NCBI GenBank assembly: GCA_016748015.1
Contig: JAAOMT010000222.1
Location: 623,924-687,923 of the forward strand
DNA from: Geosiphon pyriformis uo1
Taxonomy: Eukaryota; Fungi; Glomeromycota
Reading direction: 5' to 3'
Length of the DNA: 64,000 bases
Shown here: positions 1-11,791 of the stretch, in pieces
Layout of the letters: each line of letters begins with the position of its first letter
How positions within the stretch are numbered: position 1 is the stretch's first letter
Program-made: the position numbers and the translations under genes
The notes under the pieces: generated by a model
Told to the model about the DNA's origin: nothing
What the model saw: the letters and a program-made list of their open reading frames with translations, nothing else
Databases searched by the model: none

Positions 1-696
1 GTCCATTGATTTGTGGATGGTATGGTGATAACAATGGTCTTTTAATTCGAAATCTTTGACTTAATTCTGCCAGTGTTCTGTTCACAAAGTGAATTCCTTG
101 ATCTGATAATAGTTTTTTTGGACATCTGTGTCGACAGATCAAATCTTGATGGATGAATTTGGCAATGGATTTTACATCTGTTCTTTGAATGGCTTTTGCT
201 TTTGGTCATTTAGTGAGATAATCCATAGCTACTGCAATATATCTGTTGTCTCTGCTGGTGATTGTTAATGGTCCGACTAAGTCAATTCCAATTTGATCAA
301 ATGGTTGTCTCACTTTGATTGGTCTCAATGGTTTACTAGGTTTTGTTCCTTCTCTTTTCTGACAAGCATCACAATTTTGTACATATTGTATAATGTCTGG
401 ATACATTGATGGCCAATAATATCTTTTTCTAGTTCTTTTTATGGTTGCTTCTTTATGAAAATGTCCTGCTGTTGGATCTGAGTGCATGTTGAATAGTATT
501 GTTTCTTTCTCTGGTTCTGTAATTACTTTGATTGGTTGATTTGGATTTCTTCTGTTCTTCTGGTAAAGTATATTTTGATGGTTGATAAAATATTTTGATT
601 GTTGTTTTATGTTCTTTTGTTCCTTTTGAGATATTTCTCCTTGAACAATTGGGTATTTATATAATATTGTAGTTGTTGGTATTTTTGGATGTTTAT
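1..696 (-). pseudogene. Integrase, family A (N-terminal part; apparently a separate ORF)
   Basis: HHCC zinc finger (HSDPTAGH...CDAC) and the core motif IGIDLVGPL...AMDYLTK in ORF 206-487. Decayed start ATA-AAC (ATG-GAC) at about 696. Confidence 0.9.
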
Positions 697-726
697 ATTT
701 TGTTATATTTTTGGGTTGAAATGTTT

Positions 727-2100
727 TTAGATTTGTCTTATTTGCAACAATTCATCAGTATTTCCATTGTTTTTTCTCTTTTTATAATGTACTGTATAGT
801 TTAATGATGAAAGTTCTATTTTCTATTTGGCATGGTGGTTATCTGTAAATTCTTGTTTCTGGATTGAAGTCAATTCTTTGTGATCAGTATACACTTCAAA
901 CTTTTGACTCAAGTATTCTTTCCATTTGATGACAGTCCAATAGATAGCTAAGTGTTCTAGTACTGGAGTTCCATAATTCTTTTCAGCTGGACTTAAGCTT
1001 CTATTGACATAAGCTACTGAATGCTCTCTTTCATTCAATCCTTTTTGCAATAGTACTATTCCTAATGCTTGACCTGATGCATCAGTGGTGATTATGAATG
1101 GTCTGCTGTAATCTGAATACATTAATACTGGAGCTTGGATAAGCTTTCTTCTTAATGTGTCAAATGCTTCTTGTTGAGTTTTAGTCCATTTATACTTCAC
1201 ATTCTTGGTTTGTAGATAATAAAATGGTTGAGCCAGTTTTGAAAAGTCTTTGATAAAATGGCAATAGTAGCCTGCAAAACCCAAAAATGCTCTTAGTTCT
1301 GTCAAATTGGTTGGTACTAGAAAGTTCTTAACTATTTCAATCTTGTCTGAATTTATTTTGATTTTATCTTTGCTCATCACATGTCCCAAAAATTTGAATT
1401 CAGTTTTTCCAAAGAAACATTTGGTTGTATTTAGTTTCAATCCAGCTCTTCTTAGTCTCTCAAACACTTGTTAAAGATGATGCAAATGATTATCAAATGT
1501 TTTTGAGAACACATTGGTGTCATCCAAGTATACAACTACTGATTTCCATAGTAATCTAGTATAAACAATTTCCATAAGTTATTGGAATATTACTGGGGCA
1601 TTCATCAAGCCAAATGACATGACTTCAAACTCAAAATTTTTTTCTCTTGTGGTAAATGCTGTTTTCTTTTTGTCGGCTGAATCCATGGCTATTTGCTAGT
1701 AACCACTATTTAAATCCAGTGTTAAGAACCATTTATTTCCTCTAAAAGCATCAAATAGTTCTTGGATCTTTGGAGTTGAGTAATTATTATCTTAAGTTAC
1801 TTCATTCAGTTTTTGATAATCCACACAAAAATAGATCTTTCCATTCTTTTTCTGGACTAGTACCACTGGTAATAACCATGGGCTTATTGATGACTGAATT
1901 AGTCTGTTGTCAAGCATTCGGTTAATTTCTTGATGAATGATTTTATGGCTGGCTGGTGGTATTCTGTATGCTCTTTGTTTAATTGGTATTGCATTTCTAG
2001 TCTTAATCTGATGCTGAATAATGTTGGTGTGGCCAAATTCATTTTTGCTTGCCAAGATGTCATTGAAATTGCTGAGTAACATCTTTAGTTGCATCTGTTG
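727..2100 (-). pseudogene. pol: Reverse transcriptase + RNase H, family A
   Basis: ORFs 1792-2136 (PIKQRAYR, FCVDYQKLN) and 823-1467 (LRAFLGFAGYY, TDASGQALG, YTDHKEL). VVYLDDTNV at about 1515-1540. TAA at 727-729. Confidence 0.95.
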
Positions 2101-2559
2101 GAGCAGGTCTAGATTTTCCATGTTTATCTGTTTCAATTGTTCTGGTTGGAGCAGATAACATTCACTTCATCCATAGATAGTTTGTGATGTGATGCCCACA
2201 TATCCACAAAGCTGTGAAAAGTCTAGAATGTGGTTTGGTGGTTGATCCTCAACTTTGGTGATTAAATATCCAATAATAGTTCCTTTTGGTATCTCAATAA
2301 CATTTCTGGTTTTGTTGTAGATGGGAATTTTGATGTTTTTGGGGCTTTTGGCTGATATATAGAGATTACTAAGTTCAATCTCTTCTGATTCACAAATGGT
2401 GGCTTCTGCTTTAAACAACTGAGCTTAATTCTTTACTCCTCTTTTTATGGCTAACATATACTGGTCATATGGTGGAATAAAAATTGTTTGACAGATTAAA
2501 ATAATTTCTCTTTTGTTAATAACCTCTTTCTCCACTATATTAACTGATATATCTATTCT

Positions 2560-2985
2560 ACCCATTGATCTGAATCCCTGTATCCCTCTAGCTGTGATCT
2601 CTAATTCTTCCCTGTTTCTTACTAACACTAACTGAGCTACTTTTACCAGAGGTAAAAATATTGCCTATGCTATCTTTTTATTTGGATCTATGGTATATGT
2701 TTTTTTTGAGTCATTTTGTAGCATAGCAATAATATTTCCTACATATCCTGTGCCAATTATTTCCCCTCTGATGTTGATTCCTTTTTTTGCTAAACTACTT
2801 CTGGATGTTAATTGAACTATTGTTGTTGCTGGAATTTTTAGTGCTATTTTCAAATCAATGCAAGTGTGTGAATGTGGTTTCAATTTGATGGGATCTTTCT
2901 CCAAATATCTCAAATCAAATCCTGCATCAGTATCATGTGCACATTCAGGCATAATACCTTCATTATTATTGCTGAACCACTTTAG
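2560..2985 (-). pseudogene. dut: dUTPase domain in the Gypsy polyprotein, family A
   Basis: All five trimeric dUTPase motifs are recognisable: AGFDL, SRSSLA, G(E)II(G)TGYVG, KIA(Q), RGIQGF(R)SMG. Confidence 0.9.
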
Positions 2986-3214
2986 TTCCTGCTCCTTGGT
3001 AAGGTCAGGAAGGACAATATATATTTCAGAGTTTGAATCGGAGTCCGAATTGTTGTTATTTTTGTTGTCATATTGAGCAGAGCTGGAACCATTGTTTTTA
3101 TTGTTGTCATTGTCAGAGTTTGAATCAGGGTTGAAAGTTGATCTCAATTCCAATGTACAGCTGCTAATTGGTTCTTTTTTCTCTGAAATTGTGTAGATCA
3201 TGCGAATTGGTGGA

Positions 3215-3860
3215 TTGTAAATGAGGTCACACTCATTACAATATTGAAAGTCACATGAGATCAAACAGTGATTACATAGCCAAGTGTTAATTTGGGCTAA
3301 ATGCTGCTCTTGTTTCTCTTTTGTTGGTGCCAAGTTTTGGTAGTGCTCATGGAATTTTTCTGGGTCTGTTTCCAGGTCTAGAAAAGTGTCTGAATTGAGG
3401 ATCAGAACAATGTTGATTGGCTTCAGAGGGTTGTTCTTGATTTCCAATATTTCACTAGATGTGATACCTTCTACTTTAGTGTTTGCCATTTGCCAGATCT
3501 CATCTTCGTCATGTGGGTAACTGTCCAAGCGAGATATCACATGGTGCCAGACTGCAGTTATTGGCATACCACGACTTACCTAATTGCTGATGAGGATCAT
3601 GTATTGGCACGAAGCATTGCATGTTCTCTCTCATCCAAGAATGTTATTCCACATTTCTTTATCCAGTAATTGTGTGCTGCAAGCAAGACATAGTTTGTTG
3701 TCCCACTTGTCTTGACTTTTTAAGTAGTTATAGCATTTGCAGTGACAAGACTTGCAATAATAGTGGGTTTGTATCCAGTAATTTTTGTCTGACACGACCC
3801 AAGCTCTCATAAAAGAAAGTTTTTTCTCACAGTCCTTGCATTTCAGAGGTATATATGGTG
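3215..3860 (-). pseudogene. Cys-rich putative zinc-binding domain between protease and dUTPase, family A
   Basis: CKDC...CKSC...CLAC...CNASC...YPHD...CNHCLISCDFQYCNEC. The same pattern occurs in family B. Confidence 0.7.
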
Positions 3861-4229
3861 GCTTTTTGATCAGTTTCCATAAGTATTTTTTTTTCTAGCC
3901 ACTAGTTATTTCTTCAGTTATATCTTTTTTCTTCTTTTTTTCTTTTCTTTTATCAGTTTCTTTCCATTCTCAAGTTGGTAGTTCATTTGAGTCATTGTTG
4001 GTTTCCCAGTCTTGGTCAGTGTTCCAGATAAGTCCTTCTTTTTGTTTCTCTTTTCCATTATCATCCCAAAAAAGTATTGGTGGTAACTTGTTGTGGTCTG
4101 CTTCAGCCCATAACACTTGATAGACTTCCCAGATAGGTTTCTTCTCTTTTTTTTCGAACTTGATAAGTGGTGTTGTCGAGTTGGTGGTCCTGAAGTGGCC
4201 ACACATAGCTGGTACATGTGTGTGTTGTT

Positions 4230-4570
4230 CATTCTGGCTAATTTGGAGCTCCTGTGTATTCCAATCAAGCAATGTGTTGGTTTTAGATAACCAATTGTTT
4301 TTTACTAATGTTTGATATTGAGTTGCTTCCATCACTAAGACTTTGATGAGAATAATGATACCATTGACTTCAAAAGGGAAGTTATCAATTTCACCAATAG
4401 GAGTTTTAGTTGCTTCATCAGCAGTAATTATTTGTGCACTGGCAGTTCAATCAACTTGGTAACCTAATTGGTCCATGAGTTGTCTGGTGATAATGCTGCC
4501 AGCTGATCTACTGTCCAAGATCAGTTTGATGACATGGCCATTAACTTTCACATTAGTGTACATAATGGTA
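4230..4570 (-). pseudogene. Retropepsin aspartic protease, family A
   Basis: IKLILDSRSAGSIIT (decayed DSG) and LV(G)NNWLSKTNTLLDW C-terminal motif. Confidence 0.9.
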
Positions 4571-5169
4571 ATTGGTTTGGTATTAAGGGTGGCTTCACTG
4601 AATAATGGAACTAGTGTGGTTTTCTTGAGTTCAAATGGAAAGATCGCTGCTAGTGATTTGTCATTGGTGATGGTAGCTAAAGGTATGTTGTTGGTGAGTG
4701 ATTGTTTTTGGGTGGTTTCTGAATTATTGGATGGAACATCTTCTGGAATAACCAGGAGACTTAAATAGTTCTGGGAATTTGGGTTTTGGGTGTACCCAGT
4801 GCCCAAATTCTGTGGTCAGGATCCTGATGGTTGTGCCATGGAACTGGAAATCGGTTAATAGACCACCATTAACGATTTCCAGCTTTGCTGTGTCAGTCTT
4901 GGCCTTTGAGTTTTATTTTGAGGTAAGTTCTGTGGCAGTGTTTGAATTTGTTGGGGCTGATAGATTACTTGAGGCTGCAGTTGATAAATGGGTTGGGGCT
5001 GTGGATAATAAATAATAGGTGCTGGTGGCTGATAAATTGGCAGTTGATAAATTTGTGGCTGCATCATAGGTAGATAATTTGGTTGATATATTTCTGTATT
5101 TGATTGATAACTTGGAGCTAAAAATCTGCGATCAGAATTTTGATATTGATGTCTCAATCATTGGTTTTC

Positions 5170-7010
5170 TACTTTTAACCAACAATTGATTTTCAAATGT
5201 CCTTGTTTACCACAGTAGTGGCAGATATGCATCTCTTGTTGCCATTGCTAATTGGATGATGATAAAGGATGCAACTAATTTTGTGGGCAATTTGTGATTC
5301 CTAAATTATTGTGTCATTGGGGTGGCTGATAAATTGCATGATTGTTAGCTAAGTATCCCTCTAATTTCTGATTGATGGACTTATTAAATTGTTTCAATTT
5401 AGAATCCAATTCAGATAATCTATTTATTATTAGATTAACAGCTTGGGCATGATTTGTTTCAAGTTCTGCCAATTCAAAATCTTTCATATTGGTAACTGCA
5501 TCCTGAAGAGTTTGTGGGTGCATTGGGTGTATTCGTTGGAGTAGGCTACTGTGCAGTCCACAGATGAACTGATTTAAAATCTGTGGCACTGTAAAATAGT
5601 CAGCTTGAATTGTTTGAATTTGGCACAAGTTTCTGTGAAAACGTCCCAAGTAAGTAGTAACTGCTTCAGTTTCTTTCTGCTTGATTGTAGTGAAAGTGTT
5701 GGCTAAGCAATTAATGCTGTTATTATTGCTGAAATATCCCAAGAATGCCATTTTAAATGCCTGAAATGTTTGAGGCTTAATGGCTAAACTCTGATACCAG
5801 GAGTCAGTAGTATCCTGTAGAAAATAGGGAATCACTTAAAGGACTCTGTCATCATTCCATCTATTGGCTGTAATGGCTTTTTCTATATTGTTGAGCCATA
5901 CTTGAACATTGTCCTTTTTACTGGTAAATTTTTTTATTTTGGTGATTGGAGTGTAAGCCATTAGTTGTTGTTGTGGTTGTTGAAGTTGTTGTTGTGGCAG
6001 TGGAAGTGGCTGTTGTGGTTGTTGGGACAGTTGAAGTAGCTGCTATTGTGATTGTTGGGGCAGTTGAAGTAGCTGCTGTTGCTGTTTGTTGATTGGTGGA
6101 GCTGAGGGTGGATTAATCACAATTACTGGAGATAAGTGTTGTTGATTATTGATGTTGGGTTTTAATTGTTTTAATTGTGCTGCATTTAAAAATTCAAATT
6201 TTCAATTTCCAGATTTTCTAAATTTAGATTTTGTTAAGTCTGAAAATTCAGGGTTTCAATGTTTGGGTTTTCTGGAATTGGATTCTGGTAAGTAAATTCT
6301 TGATCTTCAGATTCTTTTTCTTTTTTCTGTTTCTTTTCTGAGTCTGTTATTTTCCAGGAACTTACAGTTCCGAAATCTGGCTGAGGTGGCAGTGATCAAA
6401 ATTCTGATGGCATTGGCAATTGCAATTTAAATTCTTCAAAGTAATCACCATAAGTTTCCAGTAATTCTGTTTTCTTTTGTTTACTTTGAAATAGGAATCA
6501 TCTAAATGTTAATGTTGCATGTGATGTTGACACGCCTGTTGATGAAATGTTGATGGCACTTCCTGGAGTGTAATGATATGATAGATTTGTTGGTGATTTG
6601 ACTCTGGTTTTCTTTCAAGTAGATGGTAGTATTTGTCTTGGTGTTACTACTGGTGTTTGCAATTTTCTTTTGTTTTTGTCCACATAAGTGATGGGGAATT
6701 GTTGTTGTGTGTATTTTTCAATGGTTTGATTGATTTCTCTGATAATTGGTACAAAACTGTAGTTTCTTGGTAAGCTGGTGTGTTGAAATAATTCTGTATA
6801 GAAATTTTCCTTTGCAGCTTCAATGTTAACTGTTCTTCTTAAGCAGTCTGTGATTTTATTATTAACGTAAAAGTTAAATGCTAATTCTGCTGGAAAATAA
6901 TTATTATTTAATCCTAATTGTTGGCTATACTGTTAAAACAAGGATTTGGCGAATCCTAAATAGTTTGCTCCTATGTTTTCTGATTCTGCCACTTTTAGAT
7001 GATTGCTGTT
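5170..7010 (-). pseudogene. gag: Gag, family A (N-terminal helical domain, Q-rich linker, capsid, CCHC knuckle)
   Basis: ORF 5314-5835 is a Retrotrans_gag-like capsid (IKQKETEAVTTYLGRF...QFICGL). CCHC knuckle at 5183-5224. Poly-Q repeats at 5960-6090. Confidence 0.85.
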
Positions 7011-7040
7011 GGTGCTGGTTCTCTGTAAAATTATACTTTA

Positions 7041-7052
7041 CAGGAAGCACCA
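7041..7052 (-). promoter_or_regulatory. Primer binding site, family A (TGGTGCTTCCTG)
   Basis: Begins with TGG, 2 nt downstream of the 5' LTR end. Complementary to a tRNA ending ...GGAAGCACCA. Confidence 0.85.
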
Positions 7053-7054
7053 AA

Positions 7055-7927
7055 TGTCACAGATGATTATTTGGGGTCTCAAGTCAAATAACAAATCCGT
7101 AACTTAATGCTTAGTTGGTATTCTGGGGTTGATATCTGAAGGTTTTGTGAATCTGAAAGTTTTGTTGTGGAGTTCTTTGTATAATAGACAGAGATTTAAT
7201 AGTTGTTTTTAGTAGCCTCCCAGAATTGCAATTCCATCAATTTTTTTTTCAATATGGTGGCCAGTAATTCTCTTGGTAAGCTATCTTCAAATCTATGAGT
7301 GTTCTACTCTTGTTTTATGAGTTTTTTACCAGTCCCTATGATGTTTGTATCTCAGTGCTTAATCCTTAATCAATTTAGTAAAACCAAAGAAATAACAAAG
7401 AAAAATAAAAGAAAATAAAGAAATAAATGAAAAGTAATTGCAAGTTAGTATTCTGTTAATAGCCATAATTAAGAGCTATTGTTTTAGTGTGATTAAGTAT
7501 CAATTTCTATCAACATGAAGTGTTGATAATAAAGAGTGGATTGAGATAGTGAATAATTATTTATTGATATTTGTGAATAGAAGGTTGCTTAGATCAAATT
7601 TAAGTTGAGAGGTCTGTCTTTTCTACTTCTAATGCTACCACTATATATACATAATTTGGGTTCTATGAGATTGCTCACATTCTTGAGCAATGTGCTATAA
7701 TTTTTCAAGCAATGCTCATATTGCTAAGCAATGTGTTGTATTTTCTTGACATTGCTCTACATTGTTGAGTGATGTGCTGTGATTTCTAACATTGCTCCAC
7801 ATTGCTAAGCAATGTGCCATGATTTCTGATATTGCTCCACATTGCTGAGCAATGTGCTCACATGCTAACTACTACTCACTTATTGGTCTGCTATTTTTCT
7901 ATATCTGTTTTCTTTTTATGAGTAACA
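7055..7927 (-). repeat. 5' LTR, family A (873 bp)
   Basis: TGTCAC...GTAACA ends. Homologous to 49678-50419 and adjacent to the PBS. Confidence 0.9.
7676..7856. repeat. Five 40-41 bp tandem units, each with the 19-bp palindrome CACATTGCT-N-AGCAATGTG (U3 of LTR A)
   Basis: Palindromes start at 7676, 7717, 7758, 7798 and 7838. Confidence 0.9.
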
Positions 7928-8925
7928 ACAGGAATATTTTTTGGTGGTTAAGAACACTGTTGTATCTAGCAATGTCTATTATTTTGTCAAGAACATTTTT
8001 AAGTCTGTTTGTTGTATTTGTTAAGAGACTGGTTCTGGCTGGGATGTGATTTCTAATGCATTGATCAAGAATATAGATTAGAATGTTACTACAAAAGTCT
8101 GGCATCCTAACTTACACATGCTTGCTGGTTTTACTAGTCAGAAATTATTCAATCTTTATATATACTTAATAAAAGCTGTGCACAAACAATTATTAGTGAT
8201 TATTAGAAAGAGGTTGTATAATAAAAGATATCCTAGTGTACTGTGTTTGCTGTATAATAAAATGGAGTTATTGAATCATATTTTCATTTGTGCTTAGGAT
8301 GTTAATGTTTGGAAAGAGATTTTGATTAAAATCTTTGCATGATAAATTGCTTTGGCAGGTGTTTATAATTTGTTTTCTTTTGTTGTTTTATAAGTGCTTT
8401 TTTGTTATTTATCAGATACTGAAACTTATGTAGTTGTGTGCAAGAAATTTGTGCTGAAGAATTAATATATAGAAACTATCAGGATTTTTGATGATAAAAA
8501 AGAGACCATCTCTGCTGTTGTTGATTTTATGAGATATTTGATGGGGTTGTATTATTCTAGGGCCTGGTTGACAAGATTTAAGTTTAGAGTTGATATAAAA
8601 AAAACTAGCTTGGTTGGAAATGGTGGTGTAGTATTAGGTTTATTATATAGTTTGGCATCAATACTGTTAGATAGTGTGATCAGAATGCTTGGAATTATTG
8701 AGTCTTTTGCTGTTAGTTTTGGCTATCATAGGCCATGCTTTTTTTTTAGTTTAGATTGTAATATAAGTATTAATATAAGTGTGTAGTATTGTCTTATCTG
8801 GCCTAAATAACTAGTCATATATAATAAGTATGTAAATCATATTTAGTTTAAATCACTTAATCTGATTCTATATATTAGATAGCAGTTAGACTTCACTTAA
8901 TAAATATCTTTATAAAAAAAAAAAA
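7928..8925 (+). mobile_element. 3' portion of a decayed LINE (target of Gypsy A), with 3' motif and poly(A)
   Basis: VWHP..HMLAGFTS...RKRLYNKRYPSVLCLL..., homologous to 15780-16475. 3' motif at 8787-8850 and A-tail at 8913-8925. Confidence 0.85.
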
Positions 8926-9832
8926 CATTCAAAATTTACTTGCAATAATATTAAAAAACAAAACAAAACACTATAAGTATTTAGTTTTATTATATTTGGT
9001 AATTTGTAATTATTATAAAATTATTAAATTAAATTTTATAATTTTAAAACATATTAAATTTAAATATAATAATAGTTTTAAACTAATTAAAAAACTTTAC
9101 AAAAAAACAAGAATAAATTATATAAAATATGTAATTAATACAGTAAAAAAATTTAATTTAACAAAATTAAATAAAACTTAATACTATAAAAATAAAAAAA
9201 AACTTTTAATACTTAAATATTAAAACTATTTTAAGAATTTATTTTAAAAAATTAAATAGTTTACAAAAATATTAATACTTTTTTTTTAAAACAATTAATT
9301 TTAATATTATAAAAATTTAATTTATTGTAAATTAAAAAATCAGATATTTTTTAAATTATTAAAAAAATTAAAACTTGTTTTGTTTTAGTATTAATATTAC
9401 TTTTTTTGAAATACAAAAAACAAAAATATCTTTATTATAATATTTGTTTATTTAATAATGTTTTTATAAAAAAAATATTAAGTATTTATTAAAAATTAAA
9501 AAAGTTTAACAAAAAATTATGATAAATAACAACAAATAAATAAAGAATTATTAAATAATATTAAAACATTAAAAAGGTAATTAATTAATAAAAAAAAAGA
9601 ATTAAAACTAAAAATTTGTTATATAACAAATTAATTTAATAAAAACAGTTATTTTTTTAATTTTAATAATGTAAAAAACTAAACAAAAAATAACAAAAGG
9701 AATTTAACTCTTTCTTTCATTAATCCCCTGACCATAATAAGAGCATAGAGTAGTCAAAGAAATATCTTCCTTTTCCCTTATTCCCTTCTGTTCCCTTCAG
9801 TTATTTCTTTACATACACCTTTGTTCGTGACA

Positions 9833-11791
9833 ATGGATCCAGTAGGCTCTTCTGCTGGTGGGTCAGCATCTGGTTCGGCTGGTGTGGGGACCCGTTCTGG
9901 CACTAAAAAGAAGGCACGCATTGAGAGTGTTTACGCTCATGGTCCATCTTACAAGAAAGCGAAGAAACCTGATGATTCTGGTGTTGTTGTGGATTTGTCG
10001 GCTGGCTCTTTGCCTGTGGACATGCTACATGGTGGCATTGACAACCGGAAGAAATCTTGGGGTAGTGAAATGGACAGTGAGGAATCAAGTGTTGGCGGGA
10101 CTTCTGACGTTGAGAACATGAAGAACACGATTGTGGAAAAAACAAGCTATATTGATTCCGACACTTCTAGGGATGACAAACTAATGGATAATACTACGCC
10201 AAAGGATTTGAGAACGAGAACGTACGTATTTGAACACCCGCCTAAGCAGCCTTCTTTTGTTGATGTGGGTAGTGCTGGCGACATTTTGGAGCTTCCTCCT
10301 TGCACATTTAATGGATCCAATCAGTTGCTGCCAGTCGCGTCACGTGATCGGGAGATTCAGAGTTTTATTTCGATGAAATTTTTTGCATTAGATATTGAAC
10401 TTTCTGCTGTTCCTGGGAAAACTGTTAGTGATAAGTTGATTTGTGTGAAAAAAATTTTTTATCAAGTTGATGGTTTTGGGGGGGCTTTGACTTCCTCAAA
10501 ATTTCCAGGAATAATAAGGTCATTATTTACATCTGAAAAAAGTTTGATTAAGGCAAGGAAAATGGCAATCAGTGAAAAAATTTTGGTAAATAATGATCTA
10601 AGAAAAGTAAACAGCCATTCAGATCGAGAGGTAATCGTCAAGGAAATCCCAGTGGATCTTCCCAAATCGGCAATTAAGGCAGTGTTCTCCAAGTTTGGCA
10701 AGATTATTTCAATCAAAGTGCAGCTTATTGGTCTTTGGCAAAAGGCCCTAGTGGAATATGAATCATTTGAGATAGCTGATTTGGTTGTGGCTAGATGGTC
10801 TGTGCTCATGGGAAAAGATTCTGTTCGCGTGGCAAAGACAAGTGTTGATAAACAAACGTGGGTATCTAGGGATTAGCATCAGGCGTTGCTTTACACTCTT
10901 TCAGTTGTCACCATTGTCCATGATTTGTCTGCATTGGTAGAGGCCTATAATGAGAAAACTTGTTTTATTGGCTGTAATCCATCTTCATATATTCGTGATC
11001 GGTGTGCTGTGATCTGTTTTGAGAGTGAGACATCCAAGTTGGCTGCTATTGGTTTGGTTCTGGTTTTCAAGGGTGTAAGTTTGCATTGGGCTGGTCTATC
11101 TTTGGTCTGTTGTGCAGTGTGTAAACAATTCGGTCATGTTTTTGATATTTGTTCTATGGGTGGGAATTCTGGTGCTCGCAGTAAGCGGGTGATAACTTCT
11201 CAGGATCAAGTTCGTCTGGCTAATGTATATAGGAGGAAACAGGCTCCTATCACTCACCCAGTTTCTTTTGGTGGCAAGACATAGGCCCAAGTTGCTAGTG
11301 GCACTTTCTCTTGTGTGGTTTCTTCGGGTCTTTTTTCTGTTGGTGCTAGTTTTGGTGTGAGTTCTGCCTCAGTAGAATCCTCCCCTTCTGATATCTCTGG
11401 TTTGTGCAGTCGGTTGGCAATTTTGGAACGCTCTTTGGAGCTTTTGGCAGACCGAGTTTCTGCCATTGTGAAAAAGCTGAGTTGTGTTGAGGTGGTATCT
11501 TCAGAGTCTTCTTCTCTAGTCTCTCATTCCGTTGTGTCTGCTTCTCTAGTCTCATGCATGGATTTGGATATGGCACTGGACATTCTGTTGGTGGCTTCTC
11601 CTTCTCTTTGTCCTACCATTGATAATGCCAATCCTGATTTTGGTTCCAGTAGTTCGAAGATTCTAACTGCCAAGGTTGGTGGTTTGGAGTCAAAGTTGAT
11701 GGCTTTGGATGCATTAGTCGGCTCAGTGTTGGCAAGACTGAATATGTTGTGTTCTAGTTTGGGTTCTTCGGTTCTTTCGTCTTCTCAATGA
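9833..11791 (+). pseudogene. LINE ORF1: RRM-like domains, CCHC knuckle, coiled coils
   Basis: VKEIPVDL...FSKFGKIISIK...ALVEY (RRM-like), CAVCKQFGHVFDIC and heptads LAILERSLELLADRV. In-frame stops at 10874 and 11282. Confidence 0.85.

Larger units (their letters stand above)
1..7927 (-). mobile_element. Ty3/Gypsy LTR retrotransposon family A (degenerate; 3' end lies outside the window)
   Basis: On the minus strand: 5' LTR 7055-7927 (TG...CA), PBS, Gag with CHYCGKQGHLKINC knuckle, protease LDS(G)SAGSII, dUTPase, RT YLDD, RNase H and integrase, in Gypsy order. Many TGG>TAG and CAA>TAA stops. Confidence 0.95.

Noticed and set aside
7676-7856. CRISPR-like array of regularly spaced palindromes
   Set aside because: The spacers are copies of each other, the array lies inside a eukaryotic LTR, and there are no cas genes.
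8996-9181. Short K/I/N/F-rich ORFs in AT-rich DNA (also 37134, 38048, 40078, 51613) as host genes
   Set aside because: Low-complexity by-products of AT-rich decay. Most overlap TE relics on the opposite strand or in LTRs.
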